Source: Gaiellaceae bacterium (GTDB lineage Bacteria > Actinomycetota > Thermoleophilia > Gaiellales > Gaiellaceae). From it: a stretch of DNA of 43,815 nucleotides. The DNA lies in NCBI GenBank assembly GCA_050697975.1, contig JBOHAW010000124.1, forward strand, positions 1-43,815, read 5' to 3'. The position numbers and the translations under genes are program-made. Below, one piece after another: positions 31,951-40,790 of the stretch. The first letter of the stretch is position 1; each line of letters starts with the position of its first letter. A model generated the notes under the pieces. It worked only from the letters and a program-made list of their open reading frames with translations, ran no database searches and was not told where the DNA came from.

Positions 31951-33017
31951 CACGACACACGCCTGACGTCGCCGCCTCCGGCCTCGAGCAGCTGGGCCGG
32001 CTCGACCGGCAGCGCGGACGCCGCCGTCGCGGTGATCAGCGTCTGGCTGCGACCCCCGAGGCGCGCGGCGAGCGCGCGCCGGCGTGCGGGGTCGAGCTCG
32101 GAGAGCACGTCGTCGAGCAGCAGCAGCGGCGCAGCGGCCCCGCGGTCGGCGATCACGCCGGCTTCGGCGAGCAGCAGCGAGAGGACGGCCAGACGCTGCT
32201 CGCCCTGGGATCCGTACAGCCGCAGCTCACGGGTGCCGGACACGATCCCGACGTCATCGAGATGAGGCCCGAGGCCGGTGGCGCCGCGCTCGAGATCACG
32301 CTCGAGCCGCGCCTCCAGGGCCTCAGCGGTCGGCGGCTCGCCCTCGTAGCGCAGGGCGGCAACGGCGAGCCCCAGCTCGTCCGCCCGCTCGGCGAAGGCC
32401 GGAGCGAGCAGCGCGACCGCGTTTCGGCGGGCGGTGACGAGCTCGGCGCCGAGGAGCGCGGCTCTCTCCGTCCAGGGCTCGATCGCCGCGCGCGACGAGT
32501 GACCGAGAGCGGCCCGGCGCAGAGCGGCGTTGCGCTGGGCGAGCGCGGCGCCATATGCCGCCGGAACCGCGGCCTGGGCCGGCAGCAGGCGTGCGAGAGA
32601 GCGGTCGAAGTACGCGCGCCGCACGGCGGGTCCTCCCTTCGCCACGGCCAGGCGGTCCGGGGTGAAGACGAGCGTCGCCACCTCGGCGCGAAGCTGCTCG
32701 GCGGCGCGAAGACGGGCGCCGTTTACGCGCCCTTGCTTGCCCTCTCCGGCGCGGAGCGTGACCTCGAGCTCCACCGGGACGCCCTCGCCGCGCGTCCCGC
32801 GCAGCGCCACACGGGCGGCGGTCTCGCCGAAGCGGATCAGCTGTGCGTCCGCGCGCGTCCGGGGCGAGAACCCCTGCGTGCCGACGTGGAGCGACTCGAG
32901 CAGGTTCGTCTTCCCGGCCCCGTTCGGCCCGACCACGAGCACCAGGCCGGGATCGAGCTCGAGGTCCAGCCGAGCGTAGGAGCGGAAGTTCCGGAGCGAG
33001 ACCGTGCCGACGATCAG
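31950..33017 (-). CDS. recF: DNA replication and repair protein RecF
   Basis: LRNFRSY, Walker A GPNGAGKTNLLE, LLLDDVLSELD. There is no canonical start near the conserved N-terminus. CTG 33017 overlaps the dnaN stop (CTGA), and (L)IVGTVSLRNFRSY aligns with MYVRHLGLRDFRSW-type RecF N-termini. Confidence 0.88.
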   Translation of the reverse strand: MIVGTVSLRNFRSYARLDLELDPGLVLVVGPNGAGKTNLLESLHVGTQGFSPRTRADAQLIRFGETAARVALRGTRGEGVPVELEVTLRAGEGKQGRVNGARLRAAEQLRAEVATLVFTPDRLAVAKGGPAVRRAYFDRSLARLLPAQAAVPAAYGAALAQRNAALRRAALGHSSRAAIEPWTERAALLGAELVTARRNAVALLAPAFAERADELGLAVAALRYEGEPPTAEALEARLERDLERGATGLGPHLDDVGIVSGTRELRLYGSQGEQRLAVLSLLLAEAGVIADRGAAAPLLLLDDVLSELDPARRRALAARLGGRSQTLITATAASALPVEPAQLLEAGGGDVRRVS

Positions 33018-34111
33018 CCTGCGAGCCGGATCGGCATGATCAGGTACGAGAAGTCGTCCCCCCCGCCCTGGATCAAGCCCGGGCGCAGCGGGCTGATCAG
33101 CTTCAGCGTCACCTCGTCGGTCGTGACGGACTCGATGCCGTCGCGCAGGAACTCCGCGTTGAAGCCGATCTCCAGCGGCTCGCCGGTAAAGGCCACCGGC
33201 AGCGACTCGCGCGATTCCCCCACGTCCTGCGTCTGAGCTGACACGGTCAGCTCGCCCTCGGCGAACCGGAGCCGGAGCGGCGAGTTGCGCTGAGCCATCA
33301 CTGCCGTCCGGCGGACGACCTCGAGCAGCTCCGTGCGCGGCAGCGCCAGCTCGTGCTCGAAGGTCTCCGGGATCAGCTTCTTGTAGTTCGGGAACTGGCC
33401 GTCGATCCGCCGGGTCGTCAGGAGCACGCCGCCCGCGCTGAACACAACCTGGTTCTCGTGGACGCCGAGTTCGATCTCCTCGCCGCCCTGGGCGATCCGG
33501 GCGAGCTCTCCGAGCGCGCGCGCCGGGATGATCGCCTCGAACGGCGGAGCCTCGCCGCCGAGCGTCGTCTCCTTGACGGACAGGCGATACGAGTCGGTCG
33601 CCGCCATCACGAGCCTGCCCGCCTCGAAGCGCACCAGGATCCCCGTCAGGACAGGGCGGGACTCGTCCCGCGAGGCGGAGCGAGACACCCGTGCGACCGT
33701 GTCGAGAAGGGCCTCGCGCTCCACGGTGAAGGACTGCAGCGTCTCGACGTCGGGCAGGCGCGGGAAGTCCTCGACGCTGTAGCTGTTGAGGCGGTAGCTC
33801 GCGCTGCCGCACTCGAGACGGACGACCCCTTCCTCGGCCCGGTGCTCGAGCACTACCTCGCCCGCCGGCAGCAGGCGCGCGATGTCGACCAGCAGCCTGC
33901 CCGGAACGACTGCGGCGCCCTCGTCAGCCACCTCGGCCTCGAGAGACGCGCGCAGCGAGAGCTCCATGTCGGTGGCAGCGAGCTGGAGCCGCCCCGCCTC
34001 CGCGCGGAGCAGCACGCCGAGCAGAACTTGGACGCTCGCGCGAGTGGACACGGCGCGCGCGACGACGCCGAGCTTCTGCATCAGCTCGTCTCGCCCGCAC
34101 GTGACTTTCAT
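33014..34111 (-). CDS. dnaN: DNA polymerase III subunit beta
   Basis: Three-domain clamp pattern ending ..YLIMPIRL. ATG 34111 (MKVTCGRDEL) is preferred. An alternative ATG lies at 34144. Confidence 0.93.
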   Translation of the reverse strand: MKVTCGRDELMQKLGVVARAVSTRASVQVLLGVLLRAEAGRLQLAATDMELSLRASLEAEVADEGAAVVPGRLLVDIARLLPAGEVVLEHRAEEGVVRLECGSASYRLNSYSVEDFPRLPDVETLQSFTVEREALLDTVARVSRSASRDESRPVLTGILVRFEAGRLVMAATDSYRLSVKETTLGGEAPPFEAIIPARALGELARIAQGGEEIELGVHENQVVFSAGGVLLTTRRIDGQFPNYKKLIPETFEHELALPRTELLEVVRRTAVMAQRNSPLRLRFAEGELTVSAQTQDVGESRESLPVAFTGEPLEIGFNAEFLRDGIESVTTDEVTLKLISPLRPGLIQGGGDDFSYLIMPIRLAG

Positions 34112-34301
34112 GCCGGATCCGACCACGGTGTCTGTGTCGATCATTGTTCTTTAAATCCTTTGTCGTAGTACATAGGGAGTGTGGACGCCGGGGAAGACAG
34201 CGCTCAGCCGCACGACCAAGCGGTATCGCCTGGGGACAGGATCTGGGTAGACATGCCTGATTCCCACAGCGCCTGGAGGGGTTGTCGCGTTGTCCACAGA
34301 T
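34112..34301. promoter_or_regulatory. dnaA-dnaN spacer: candidate oriC segment (DnaA boxes plus an AT-rich stretch)
   Basis: Perfect actinobacterial DnaA box TTGTCCACA at 34290-34298. Weaker boxes TGTGGACGC (34180-34188) and TGGGGACAG (34231-34239). An AT-rich stretch cattgttctttaaatcctttgtcgtagtacatag lies at 34142-34175. Confidence 0.55.
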
Positions 34302-35645
34302 TCAGCGCACCTGCTTGATGCGCGCGGTCAACTCTTGCACAAGGTTGTACACAGAGCGGTCGGCCTTGATCATGCGCCCGATCTTCGAGTAGGCGTGCAT
34401 CACCGTGGTGTGGTCCCGCCCGCCGAACTCCCGTCCGATCCGGGGCAGCGACGAGTCCGTGAGCTCGCGCGACAGGTACATCGCCACCTGTCGCGGGTAG
34501 ACGATGTTCTGGGAGCGCCTGTCGCTGCACAGCTCAACGAGCGAGAGGCCGAAGCGCTCCGAGACGGTCTCCTGGATGCGCTTGATCGAGACTTGCGGCA
34601 CCTCGCCCTGCGGGAAGACGTCCTTGAGCACGTCCTGGGCGAGCTCGACTGTCATCGCTCTCCCGGTCAGCGAAGAGAACGCGACGACCCGGGTGAGCGC
34701 GCCCTCGAGCTCGCGGATGTTCGAGGAGATGCGGCCGGCGATGAAGGTCAGCACCTCGGGGTCGTCCAGCTGGATCTCGTCCGTCTTCACCTTCTTGCGC
34801 AGGATCGCGATGCGCGTCTCCAAGTCGGGCGGCTGGATGTCCGTGATCAGCCCCCACTCGAAGCGTGAGCGCAGCCGTTCCTCGAGCGTCGAGATCTCCC
34901 GCGGCGGCCGGTCGGAGGAGATCACGATCTGCGCGCCGCCCTCGTAGAGCGAGTTGAACGTGTGAAAGAACTCCTCCTGGATCCGCTCCTTGTGCTCGAA
35001 GAACTGGATGTCGTCGATCAGAAGCAGGTCGTACGTGCGGTAGCGCTGCTTGAAGCCCTCGATTCGCTTGTCCCGGAGCGAGTTGATGAAGTCGTTCATG
35101 AACGTCTCGCTCGTCACGTAGCGCACCGACAGGTTGCTCGAGTGCTCGGCGACGTACTGTGCGATGGCCTGCATCAGGTGCGTCTTTCCGAGACCGGTGC
35201 CGCCGTAGATGAAGAGCGGGTTGTACGCCTGCGCCGGCGCCTCCGCCACCGCCAGAGCGGCGGCGTGCGCGAAGCGGTTCGATGAGCCGATCACGAACAG
35301 GTCGAAGGTGTACTTCGGATTCAGCCCCGACTCGGCGGTCGTTCGTCGTGGCGGCTCGATCAGTGTGCTGCCGGCGTGGCTTCCCTCGCGCACCGAGAGC
35401 TGGATGTGGTGCGGATGACCGGTCGCGTCGCGGACGATCGCGCGGAGCAGGTCGAGGAAGTGCGCCTCGATCCACTCGCGCGTGAAGTCGTTCGGAACGC
35501 CGATCACGAAGGCGTCGTCGGACACCTCGGCCCCAACCGCACCCGCGAACCAGGTGCGGTACGTCGTATCGTTCAGCGCCCCCTTGAGCCGACCGGACAC
35601 TTCCCCCCACAGGCTCTCTGCAGTCAGCTCGACTGGGTGCTCCAC
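34302..35645 (-). CDS. dnaA: Chromosomal replication initiator protein DnaA
   Basis: Walker [19 protein letters not shown], and a C-terminal DNA-binding signature [36 protein letters not shown] 35645 ([16 protein letters not shown]) is preferred over the longer ORF. Confidence 0.93.
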   Translation of the reverse strand: MEHPVELTAESLWGEVSGRLKGALNDTTYRTWFAGAVGAEVSDDAFVIGVPNDFTREWIEAHFLDLLRAIVRDATGHPHHIQLSVREGSHAGSTLIEPPRRTTAESGLNPKYTFDLFVIGSSNRFAHAAALAVAEAPAQAYNPLFIYGGTGLGKTHLMQAIAQYVAEHSSNLSVRYVTSETFMNDFINSLRDKRIEGFKQRYRTYDLLLIDDIQFFEHKERIQEEFFHTFNSLYEGGAQIVISSDRPPREISTLEERLRSRFEWGLITDIQPPDLETRIAILRKKVKTDEIQLDDPEVLTFIAGRISSNIRELEGALTRVVAFSSLTGRAMTVELAQDVLKDVFPQGEVPQVSIKRIQETVSERFGLSLVELCSDRRSQNIVYPRQVAMYLSRELTDSSLPRIGREFGGRDHTTVMHAYSKIGRMIKADRSVYNLVQELTARIKQVR

Positions 35646-35784
35646 GCTAGCCTGCTCCGCTCCTTGCTGGGGGGAAAGAAGGGGCGAGCATAGCAGCGTC
35701 CATCGGGGCCGACAACGAGCGTGCGCAAGGCCCGTTTGAGGTAAAAACCAGGCCATTAGCAGGGACTTTTCTCGCTCAGCAAGG

Positions 35785-35895
35785 TCATCCACAGGTGTGG
35801 AAAGCCCGGGGGATAAGAGGGCCTTGCGCTACCCCGACGCCTCAGCGCTGCGCGGTTTCGACGCTCCCTTGTGCGGCCGCGAAATCTGTGGACAA
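35785..35895. promoter_or_regulatory. DnaA-box cluster in the rpmH-dnaA divergent spacer
   Basis: TCATCCACA (35785-35793) and TGTGGAAAG (35796-35804) form the palindrome TCCACAGGTGTGGA (35788-35801). A perfect inverted box TGTGGACAA (=TTGTCCACA) lies at 35887-35895. Confidence 0.55.
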
Positions 35896-35917
35896 CTCCC
35901 CTCTCAGGGGCCTTGTC

Positions 35918-35923
35918 TATACT
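35918..35923 (+). promoter_or_regulatory. -10-like TATACT upstream of rpmH
   Basis: ccttgtcTATACTggc, 44 nt before the rpmH ATG. Confidence 0.3.
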
Positions 35924-35966
35924 GGCTCCCCGCCGCCTCGGCGGCCTCCATTTTCCACCTTTCTCG

Positions 35967-36101
35967 ATGAAGCGGACCTATCAGCCCAACGTGCGCAGGC
36001 GGAAGCGCAAGCACGGCTTTCGCGCTCGCATGTCCACGCGCGCCGGCCAGGCGATCATCAAGCGGCGACGCGCGAAGGGCCGCAAGCGGCTCTCCGCCTG
36101 A
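35967..36101 (+). CDS. rpmH: 50S ribosomal protein L34
   Basis: [44 protein letters not shown]. Confidence 0.97.
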   Translation: MKRTYQPNVRRRKRKHGFRARMSTRAGQAIIKRRRAKGRKRLSA

Positions 36102-36109
36102 CCCTCGAC

Positions 36110-36457
36110 GTGCAGCGCCGGAATCGCCTGTCTCGCTCGCGGGACTTCGACGCCGTGTACCGCCAGGGCCGCTCGGTCTCGACGCGCTTCCTCGTCCTCT
36201 ACTGGTTCCCGCGTGAGGACCCGTCCGGCGAGCCGCGGCTCGGCCTCGCGGTCCCGCGTGCAGCCGGCGGCGCGGTGGTCCGGAACCGGATCAAGCGCCA
36301 GCTGCGCGAGGTGTGGCGGGCTCGCCTGCCCGAGGTTCGCGGCGGCCACGACTACGTGCTGATCGCCCGGCCCGGACTGCCCGAGGCGACCGAGGCGCGC
36401 GGCTTCGAGTGGCTGCGCGAGCGCGTGGACGAGGTGCTGACCAAGGCGGCCGCGTGA
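36110..36457 (+). CDS. rnpA: Ribonuclease P protein component
   Basis: (V)QRRNRLSRSRDFDAVY.. and the RNR motif VVRNRIKRQLRE. GTG 36110. An in-frame CTG at 36098 also overlaps the rpmH stop. Confidence 0.9.
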   Translation: MQRRNRLSRSRDFDAVYRQGRSVSTRFLVLYWFPREDPSGEPRLGLAVPRAAGGAVVRNRIKRQLREVWRARLPEVRGGHDYVLIARPGLPEATEARGFEWLRERVDEVLTKAAA

Positions 36458-36681
36458 GGTACGTGGGGATCGCGCTCGTCCGGGCGTACCAGCTCGTGCT
36501 CAGCCCGCTCGCCGGCGGCAGCTGCAAGTACCACCCGTCCTGCTCGCAGTACGCGATCGACGCGCTGCGCCGCTACGGCTTCCTGAAGGGCACCGTCCTC
36601 GCGGGCTGGCGCCTCCTTCGCTGCAATCCGTGGAGCCACGGCGGCGTCGACCGCGCCGAGGATCAGAGGCTCTTCGCATGA
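36454..36681 (+). CDS. yidD: Membrane protein insertion efficiency factor YidD
   Basis: AYQLVLSPL..CKYHPSCSQYAIDAL..G. GTG overlaps the rnpA stop (GTGA). Confidence 0.9.
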   Translation: MRYVGIALVRAYQLVLSPLAGGSCKYHPSCSQYAIDALRRYGFLKGTVLAGWRLLRCNPWSHGGVDRAEDQRLFA

Positions 36682-37493
36682 TGCTTGCCCTCCTCGAGCC
36701 GATCGAGCGGCCGCTCGCGGCGATGCTCGAGTTCCTGCACGAGTCGATCGGGCTCCCGTGGGCCTGGGCGATCGTGGCGACGACGGTGATCGTTCGCATC
36801 GTCCTCGTGCCGCTGACGGTGCGACAGATCCACTCGATGCAGAACCTCCAGGCGCACGCGCCCGAGATGAAGGCGATCCAGCAGCGCTACAAGGGCGACC
36901 GTGCGCGTCAGAACGAAGAGCTGATGAAGTTCTACAAGGAGAACAAGATCAACCCGGCCGCGTCGTGCCTGCCGATCGTGGCCCAGATCCCGGTCTTCAT
37001 CGCGCTGTTCTTCGTCCTGCGGGATTTCAAAGACGAGATCCTGCCCCGCTTCCCGGAGGCCGATCTCAGCTGGCTGCAGGTGGTTCCCGACATCACCGCG
37101 GAGGCGAACGCGCACTGGTCGGGCTATCTCCTGCTCGCCATCTACGCGATCAGCCAGACGACCTCGACGCTGCTCATGTCGACGACGATGGACAAGACGC
37201 AGCGCACGCTGCTGCTGGTCCTGCCCCTCGCCTTCCTCTTCTTCATCCTCAACTTCCCCGCCGGCCTCGTCCTCTACTGGGTGACGACGAACCTGTGGAC
37301 GACCGGCCAGGGCCTCATCACGCGGCGGATGATGCCGAAGCCCGAGCCGCCGCCGAAGCGCACCTCGCGCACGCCGCCACGCTCGGACGAGTCGGAGGAC
37401 GGGGCGAAGGGCGCGCCGAGCGGGCCGAAGCCCGCACCGACGGCGGTCGGCACGCCGCGCAAGGTCAAGCGGAAGAAGAAGGCGCGCCGGTGA
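36678..37493 (+). CDS. yidC: Membrane protein insertase YidC (short Gram-positive type)
   Basis: ..LTVRQIHSMQNLQAHAPEMKAIQQRYKGD..MKFYKENKINP..GLVLYWVTTNLW. ATG overlaps the yidD stop (ATGA). Confidence 0.92.
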   Translation: MMLALLEPIERPLAAMLEFLHESIGLPWAWAIVATTVIVRIVLVPLTVRQIHSMQNLQAHAPEMKAIQQRYKGDRARQNEELMKFYKENKINPAASCLPIVAQIPVFIALFFVLRDFKDEILPRFPEADLSWLQVVPDITAEANAHWSGYLLLAIYAISQTTSTLLMSTTMDKTQRTLLLVLPLAFLFFILNFPAGLVLYWVTTNLWTTGQGLITRRMMPKPEPPPKRTSRTPPRSDESEDGAKGAPSGPKPAPTAVGTPRKVKRKKKARR

Positions 37494-38161
37494 CCGAGCA
37501 CCAGGTGGAGGCGACCGGCGAGACGGTCGGCGAGGCGAAGTGGAGCGCGCTGCGCGAGCTCGAGCGGCTCGCGCCCGGCCTGGACAAGGCGGCGGTGCGC
37601 TTCCAGGTCGTGTCCGAGGGCGAGCGCGGGCTGCTCGGCATCGGCTACGCGCCGGCACGCGTGCTCGCGAGCGTGACGGAGGAGGCGCCGGCGGAACCGC
37701 GCGACGAGAGCGAGCTCTCGGCCCTCGTGCGCGAGCTGCTCGGCCGCATCGTCGACGAGCTCGGCATCCACTGCCGCATCGACGTCCACGAGGACGAGGA
37801 GACGATCGTGGCCGCCTGCGCCGGCCGCGAGCTCGGGATGCTGATCGGCAAGCACGGCCAGACGATCGACGCGATCCAGTACCTCGTCAACGCGATCCTC
37901 GCGCGCCGCTACGGCGACGGGCGCAAGGAGGTGGTCGTCGACGCGGCCGGGTATCGCGCGCGCCGGCAGGCCTCGCTGGAGGCGCTCGCGGTGCGCAGCG
38001 CCGAGCGGGTGCTCTCGAGCGGAGAGCGGCTCGAGCTCGAGCCGATGAGCGCGGTCGAGCGCAAGGTCGTCCACGTGCGCCTGAAAGAGTTCGGGGGCGT
38101 GGAGACGACGAGCGAGGGCACCGAGCCGAACCGCTTCGTCGTGATCGTCCCGGCCGATTGA
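37490..38161 (+). CDS. jag: Jag/KhpB RNA-binding protein (Jag_N-KH-R3H)
   Basis: KH GxxG motif in IGKHGQTIDAIQYLVN. R3H-like region ERKVVHVRLKEFGGVET. GTG overlaps the yidC stop (GTGA). Confidence 0.88.
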   Translation: MTEHQVEATGETVGEAKWSALRELERLAPGLDKAAVRFQVVSEGERGLLGIGYAPARVLASVTEEAPAEPRDESELSALVRELLGRIVDELGIHCRIDVHEDEETIVAACAGRELGMLIGKHGQTIDAIQYLVNAILARRYGDGRKEVVVDAAGYRARRQASLEALAVRSAERVLSSGERLELEPMSAVERKVVHVRLKEFGGVETTSEGTEPNRFVVIVPAD

Positions 38162-38748
38162 CCGACCCGCGCCTCGAGCGCTGGCTCGAGGCGGTACTCG
38201 AGACTCCCGGTCTGACGGCGATCCGGGACCCGGCGGAGGCCCGCCGCGTTCTGCTCGAGGACAGCCTGCGCGGCGCCGAGCTCGCCCGTGGCTTCGCAGG
38301 CCCGATCGTCGACGTCGGCTCCGGCGGCGGCGCACCCGGCATCCCGCTCGCGGCGGCGCTTCCGGACCGGGAGGTGACGCTGCTCGAGGCGGAACGCCGG
38401 AAGGCCGACTTCCTCCGCCGCTGGGAGCGCGACTTCCCCAACGTGCGCGTCGTGTGGGGTCGCGCCGAGGAGCAGGGAACAGACCGGTACGGGGCTGCCG
38501 TCGCGAAAGCGCTCGCCCCGCCGCCGGTTGCGGCCGAGTGGTGCCTGCCGCTCGTGAAGCCCGGCGGCGCGGCGATCCTCTGGGTGGGGCCGAGCGTCGA
38601 CGCAGGCGCAGTCGGGCGGGTGGCGGAGCGGCTGAACGCCGAGCCGCTCCACGCGCCTCCGGGCTTTCTCGTCCTCCGCAAGCTCGGACCGACACCGCCG
38701 GGCTTCCCCCGCCGTCCGGGTGTCGCTCGCAAGCGCCCGCTCGCGTAG
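38158..38748 (+). CDS. rsmG: 16S rRNA (guanine527-N7)-methyltransferase RsmG
   Basis: SAM motif VDVGSGGGAPGIPLA. TTG 38158 overlaps the jag stop (TTGA). Confidence 0.88.
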   Translation: MTDPRLERWLEAVLETPGLTAIRDPAEARRVLLEDSLRGAELARGFAGPIVDVGSGGGAPGIPLAAALPDREVTLLEAERRKADFLRRWERDFPNVRVVWGRAEEQGTDRYGAAVAKALAPPPVAAEWCLPLVKPGGAAILWVGPSVDAGAVGRVAERLNAEPLHAPPGFLVLRKLGPTPPGFPRRPGVARKRPLA

Positions 38749-38770
38749 CCGGGCTGACCGGGCGCCTCTC

Positions 38771-38776
38771 TAGACT
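38771..38776 (+). promoter_or_regulatory. -10-like TAGACT 6 nt upstream of the parA GTG (candidate leaderless promoter)
   Basis: ctcTAGACTcgagacGTG. Confidence 0.4.
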
Positions 38777-38782
38777 CGAGAC

Positions 38783-39538
38783 GTGCCCGGCCGCATCTAC
38801 GCGCTCGCGAACCAGAAGGGCGGCGTCGGGAAGACGACGACCGCGATCAACGTCGCCGCCTGCCTGGCCGAGGCCGGCGAGCCGGCGCTCGTGATCGACC
38901 TCGACCCGCAGGCGAACGCGACCTCGGGCCTCGGCGAGCGCGCGAACGGGAGCTCCACCTACGATCTGCTCGACGGCGCGCCGCTCGAGGAGCTGATCCG
39001 GCCCACCCGGTTCGCCAATCTCGACCTCGTGCCCGCGAGACCGGACCTGGCCGGCGCCACCGTGGAGCTCGCCCGCCGCGAGGACGGAGAGCGCTACCTC
39101 GCCGGCTCTCTCGACGGCGCCCGCGCCCGCTACTCGTTCGTCTTCCTCGACTGCCCGCCGTCCCTGGGCCCGCTGACGGTGAACGGGCTCGCGGCCGCCG
39201 ACCGCGTGCTCGTGCCCGTCCAGGCCGAGTACTACGCGCTCGAGGGTCTCTCGCAGCTCGTCCGCTCGGTCGACCTCGTGCGCGCGCGCCTCAATCCGGG
39301 TCTCGCGCTCGGCGGCGTCCTCCTGACGATGGTCGACGGTCGCACGAAGCTCGCGGCCGACGTCTCCGAGGAGGTGCGGCGCCACTTCGGCGCACTCGTG
39401 TTCAGGACGGTCGTGCCCCGGTCGGTCCGGCTCGCCGAGGCCCCGAGCCACGGCCTCCCCGCGATCGCATACGACCGGCGCTCGGCGGGCGCCGACGCAT
39501 ACTGGAAGGTGGCGATGGAGCTTGTCGAGCGCTCCTGA
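38783..39538 (+). CDS. parA: Chromosome partitioning ATPase ParA/Soj
   Basis: Deviant Walker A NQKGGVGKTTT. 251 aa. Confidence 0.95.
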   Translation: MPGRIYALANQKGGVGKTTTAINVAACLAEAGEPALVIDLDPQANATSGLGERANGSSTYDLLDGAPLEELIRPTRFANLDLVPARPDLAGATVELARREDGERYLAGSLDGARARYSFVFLDCPPSLGPLTVNGLAAADRVLVPVQAEYYALEGLSQLVRSVDLVRARLNPGLALGGVLLTMVDGRTKLAADVSEEVRRHFGALVFRTVVPRSVRLAEAPSHGLPAIAYDRRSAGADAYWKVAMELVERS

Positions 39539-40370
39539 GCGCCGCGGCCTCGGCCGCGGCCTCGAGGTTCTGATCGGCGGTGTGGGCGACGGTCCCGAGC
39601 TGACGCACCTGCCGGTCGACACGATTCACCCGAACTCGCGCCAGCCCCGCCGGCGCTTCGAGACCGAGGCGGCCTCGGGGCTGGCCGAGTCGATCCGCGC
39701 ACAGGGCGTGCTCCAGCCCGTCGTCGTGCGGCCGCGGCCTGGGGGCGGATTCGAGCTGATCGCCGGCGAGCGCCGCTGGCGGGCGGCCCGCGAGGCGGGC
39801 GTTCCGACGGTTCCCGCCCTCGTACGCGAGGCCGACGACCGCGACTCGCTTCTCCTCGCCCTGGTCGAGAACGTCGCCCGCGAGCAGCTCTCGGCGGTCG
39901 AGGAGGCGCGGGCCTACGCTGTACTCCTCGACGAGTTCGGGCTCTCGCTCGGCGAGGTGGCGGAGCGTGTCGGCCGCTCCAAGCCGGCGGTCTCCAACCG
40001 CGTGCGCCTGCTCGAGCTTCCGCGCGACGTGCTCGAGCTGCTCGACGCCGGACGCCTGAGCGAAGGGCACGCCCGAGCGGTGCTCGCAGTGCCCGGGCAC
40101 GAGGAGCGACGGCGGCTCGCGCAGCGGATCGTGCGGCTGGGATTGTCCGTGCGGGCGGCCGAGCGAGCCGCGCGAGGAGCGGGCGCCCGGACGAGGCCCA
40201 GGCGCTCGCCGGCCCTCGTCGACCCCGCTCTCCTCGAACGGGCGCGAACCGCGCTCGAGCGGATCGCCGGGGAGCCGGTGCGGGCGGGAGCGGGCCGCCT
40301 CGAGCTCGCCTTCGCCGACGAGCACGAGCTCGACGAGCTCGTCGAGGCGCTCGAACGAGCCACCGGGTAG
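39522..40370 (+). CDS. parB: Chromosome partitioning protein ParB/Spo0J
   Basis: RGLGRGLEVL, IHPNSRQPRRRF, GERRWRAA, ALVENVAREQL. TTG start with a 17-nt overlap with parA. Confidence 0.93.
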   Translation: MSSAPERRGLGRGLEVLIGGVGDGPELTHLPVDTIHPNSRQPRRRFETEAASGLAESIRAQGVLQPVVVRPRPGGGFELIAGERRWRAAREAGVPTVPALVREADDRDSLLLALVENVAREQLSAVEEARAYAVLLDEFGLSLGEVAERVGRSKPAVSNRVRLLELPRDVLELLDAGRLSEGHARAVLAVPGHEERRRLAQRIVRLGLSVRAAERAARGAGARTRPRRSPALVDPALLERARTALERIAGEPVRAGAGRLELAFADEHELDELVEALERATG

Positions 40371-40415
40371 CCGGCCCGTATCCGGCGCCCCGGCCGGGGC
40401 GTTACAGCTGGTGAC

Positions 40416-40664
40416 ATGGTTGGACTCTGGCTCCGCGACCTCGAGTCGCTCGAAGCGATCTCCCAGGACGACAGCACCCGCAAGATCTTCCTGAGGATGG
40501 CCGCGATGTCCCAGGCCGGGACGATGTCGAGCTTCCTCACGGAGCTCGCGCACGACGACGAGCTCGACGACGATACGAAGGACACGCTCGCGGAGCTCGC
40601 CAGCGACCGCCCGTTCCTGCTCGCCGTCGAGGACTACCTGCGCCGGACCCAGCAGATCCACTAG
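40416..40664 (+). CDS. Hypothetical small acidic protein
   Basis: 82-aa ORF with strongly GC-ending codons. No family recognised and no clear ribosome-binding site. Confidence 0.5.
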   Translation: MVGLWLRDLESLEAISQDDSTRKIFLRMAAMSQAGTMSSFLTELAHDDELDDDTKDTLAELASDRPFLLAVEDYLRRTQQIH

Positions 40665-40668
40665 TCGC

Positions 40669-40674
40669 TAGACT
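40669..40674 (+). promoter_or_regulatory. -10-like TAGACT 12 nt upstream of tRNA-Ile
   Basis: cgcTAGACTgcgctgccgcgcGGGCGATT. Confidence 0.35.
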
Positions 40675-40686
40675 GCGCTGCCGCGC

Positions 40687-40760
<74 letters not shown>

Positions 40761-40768
40761 CCTCGGAA

Positions 40769-40790
40769 CCCCTGCTAGCGCAGGGGTTTT
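40769..40790 (+). terminator. Rho-independent terminator after tRNA-Ile
   Basis: CCCCTGC-tagc-GCAGGGG followed by TTTT. Confidence 0.75.

Noticed and set aside
33018-33812. Long upstream extension of the recF ORF (620-aa version)
   Set aside because: It would overlap about 800 nt of dnaN in another frame and has an Arg/Pro-rich nonsense translation. The conserved RecF N-terminus begins at 33017.
37274-39622. 782-aa - strand ORF opposite yidC/jag/rsmG/parA
   Set aside because: It is antisense to four well-supported genes and is Arg/Pro/Gly-rich, so it is a GC-content artefact.
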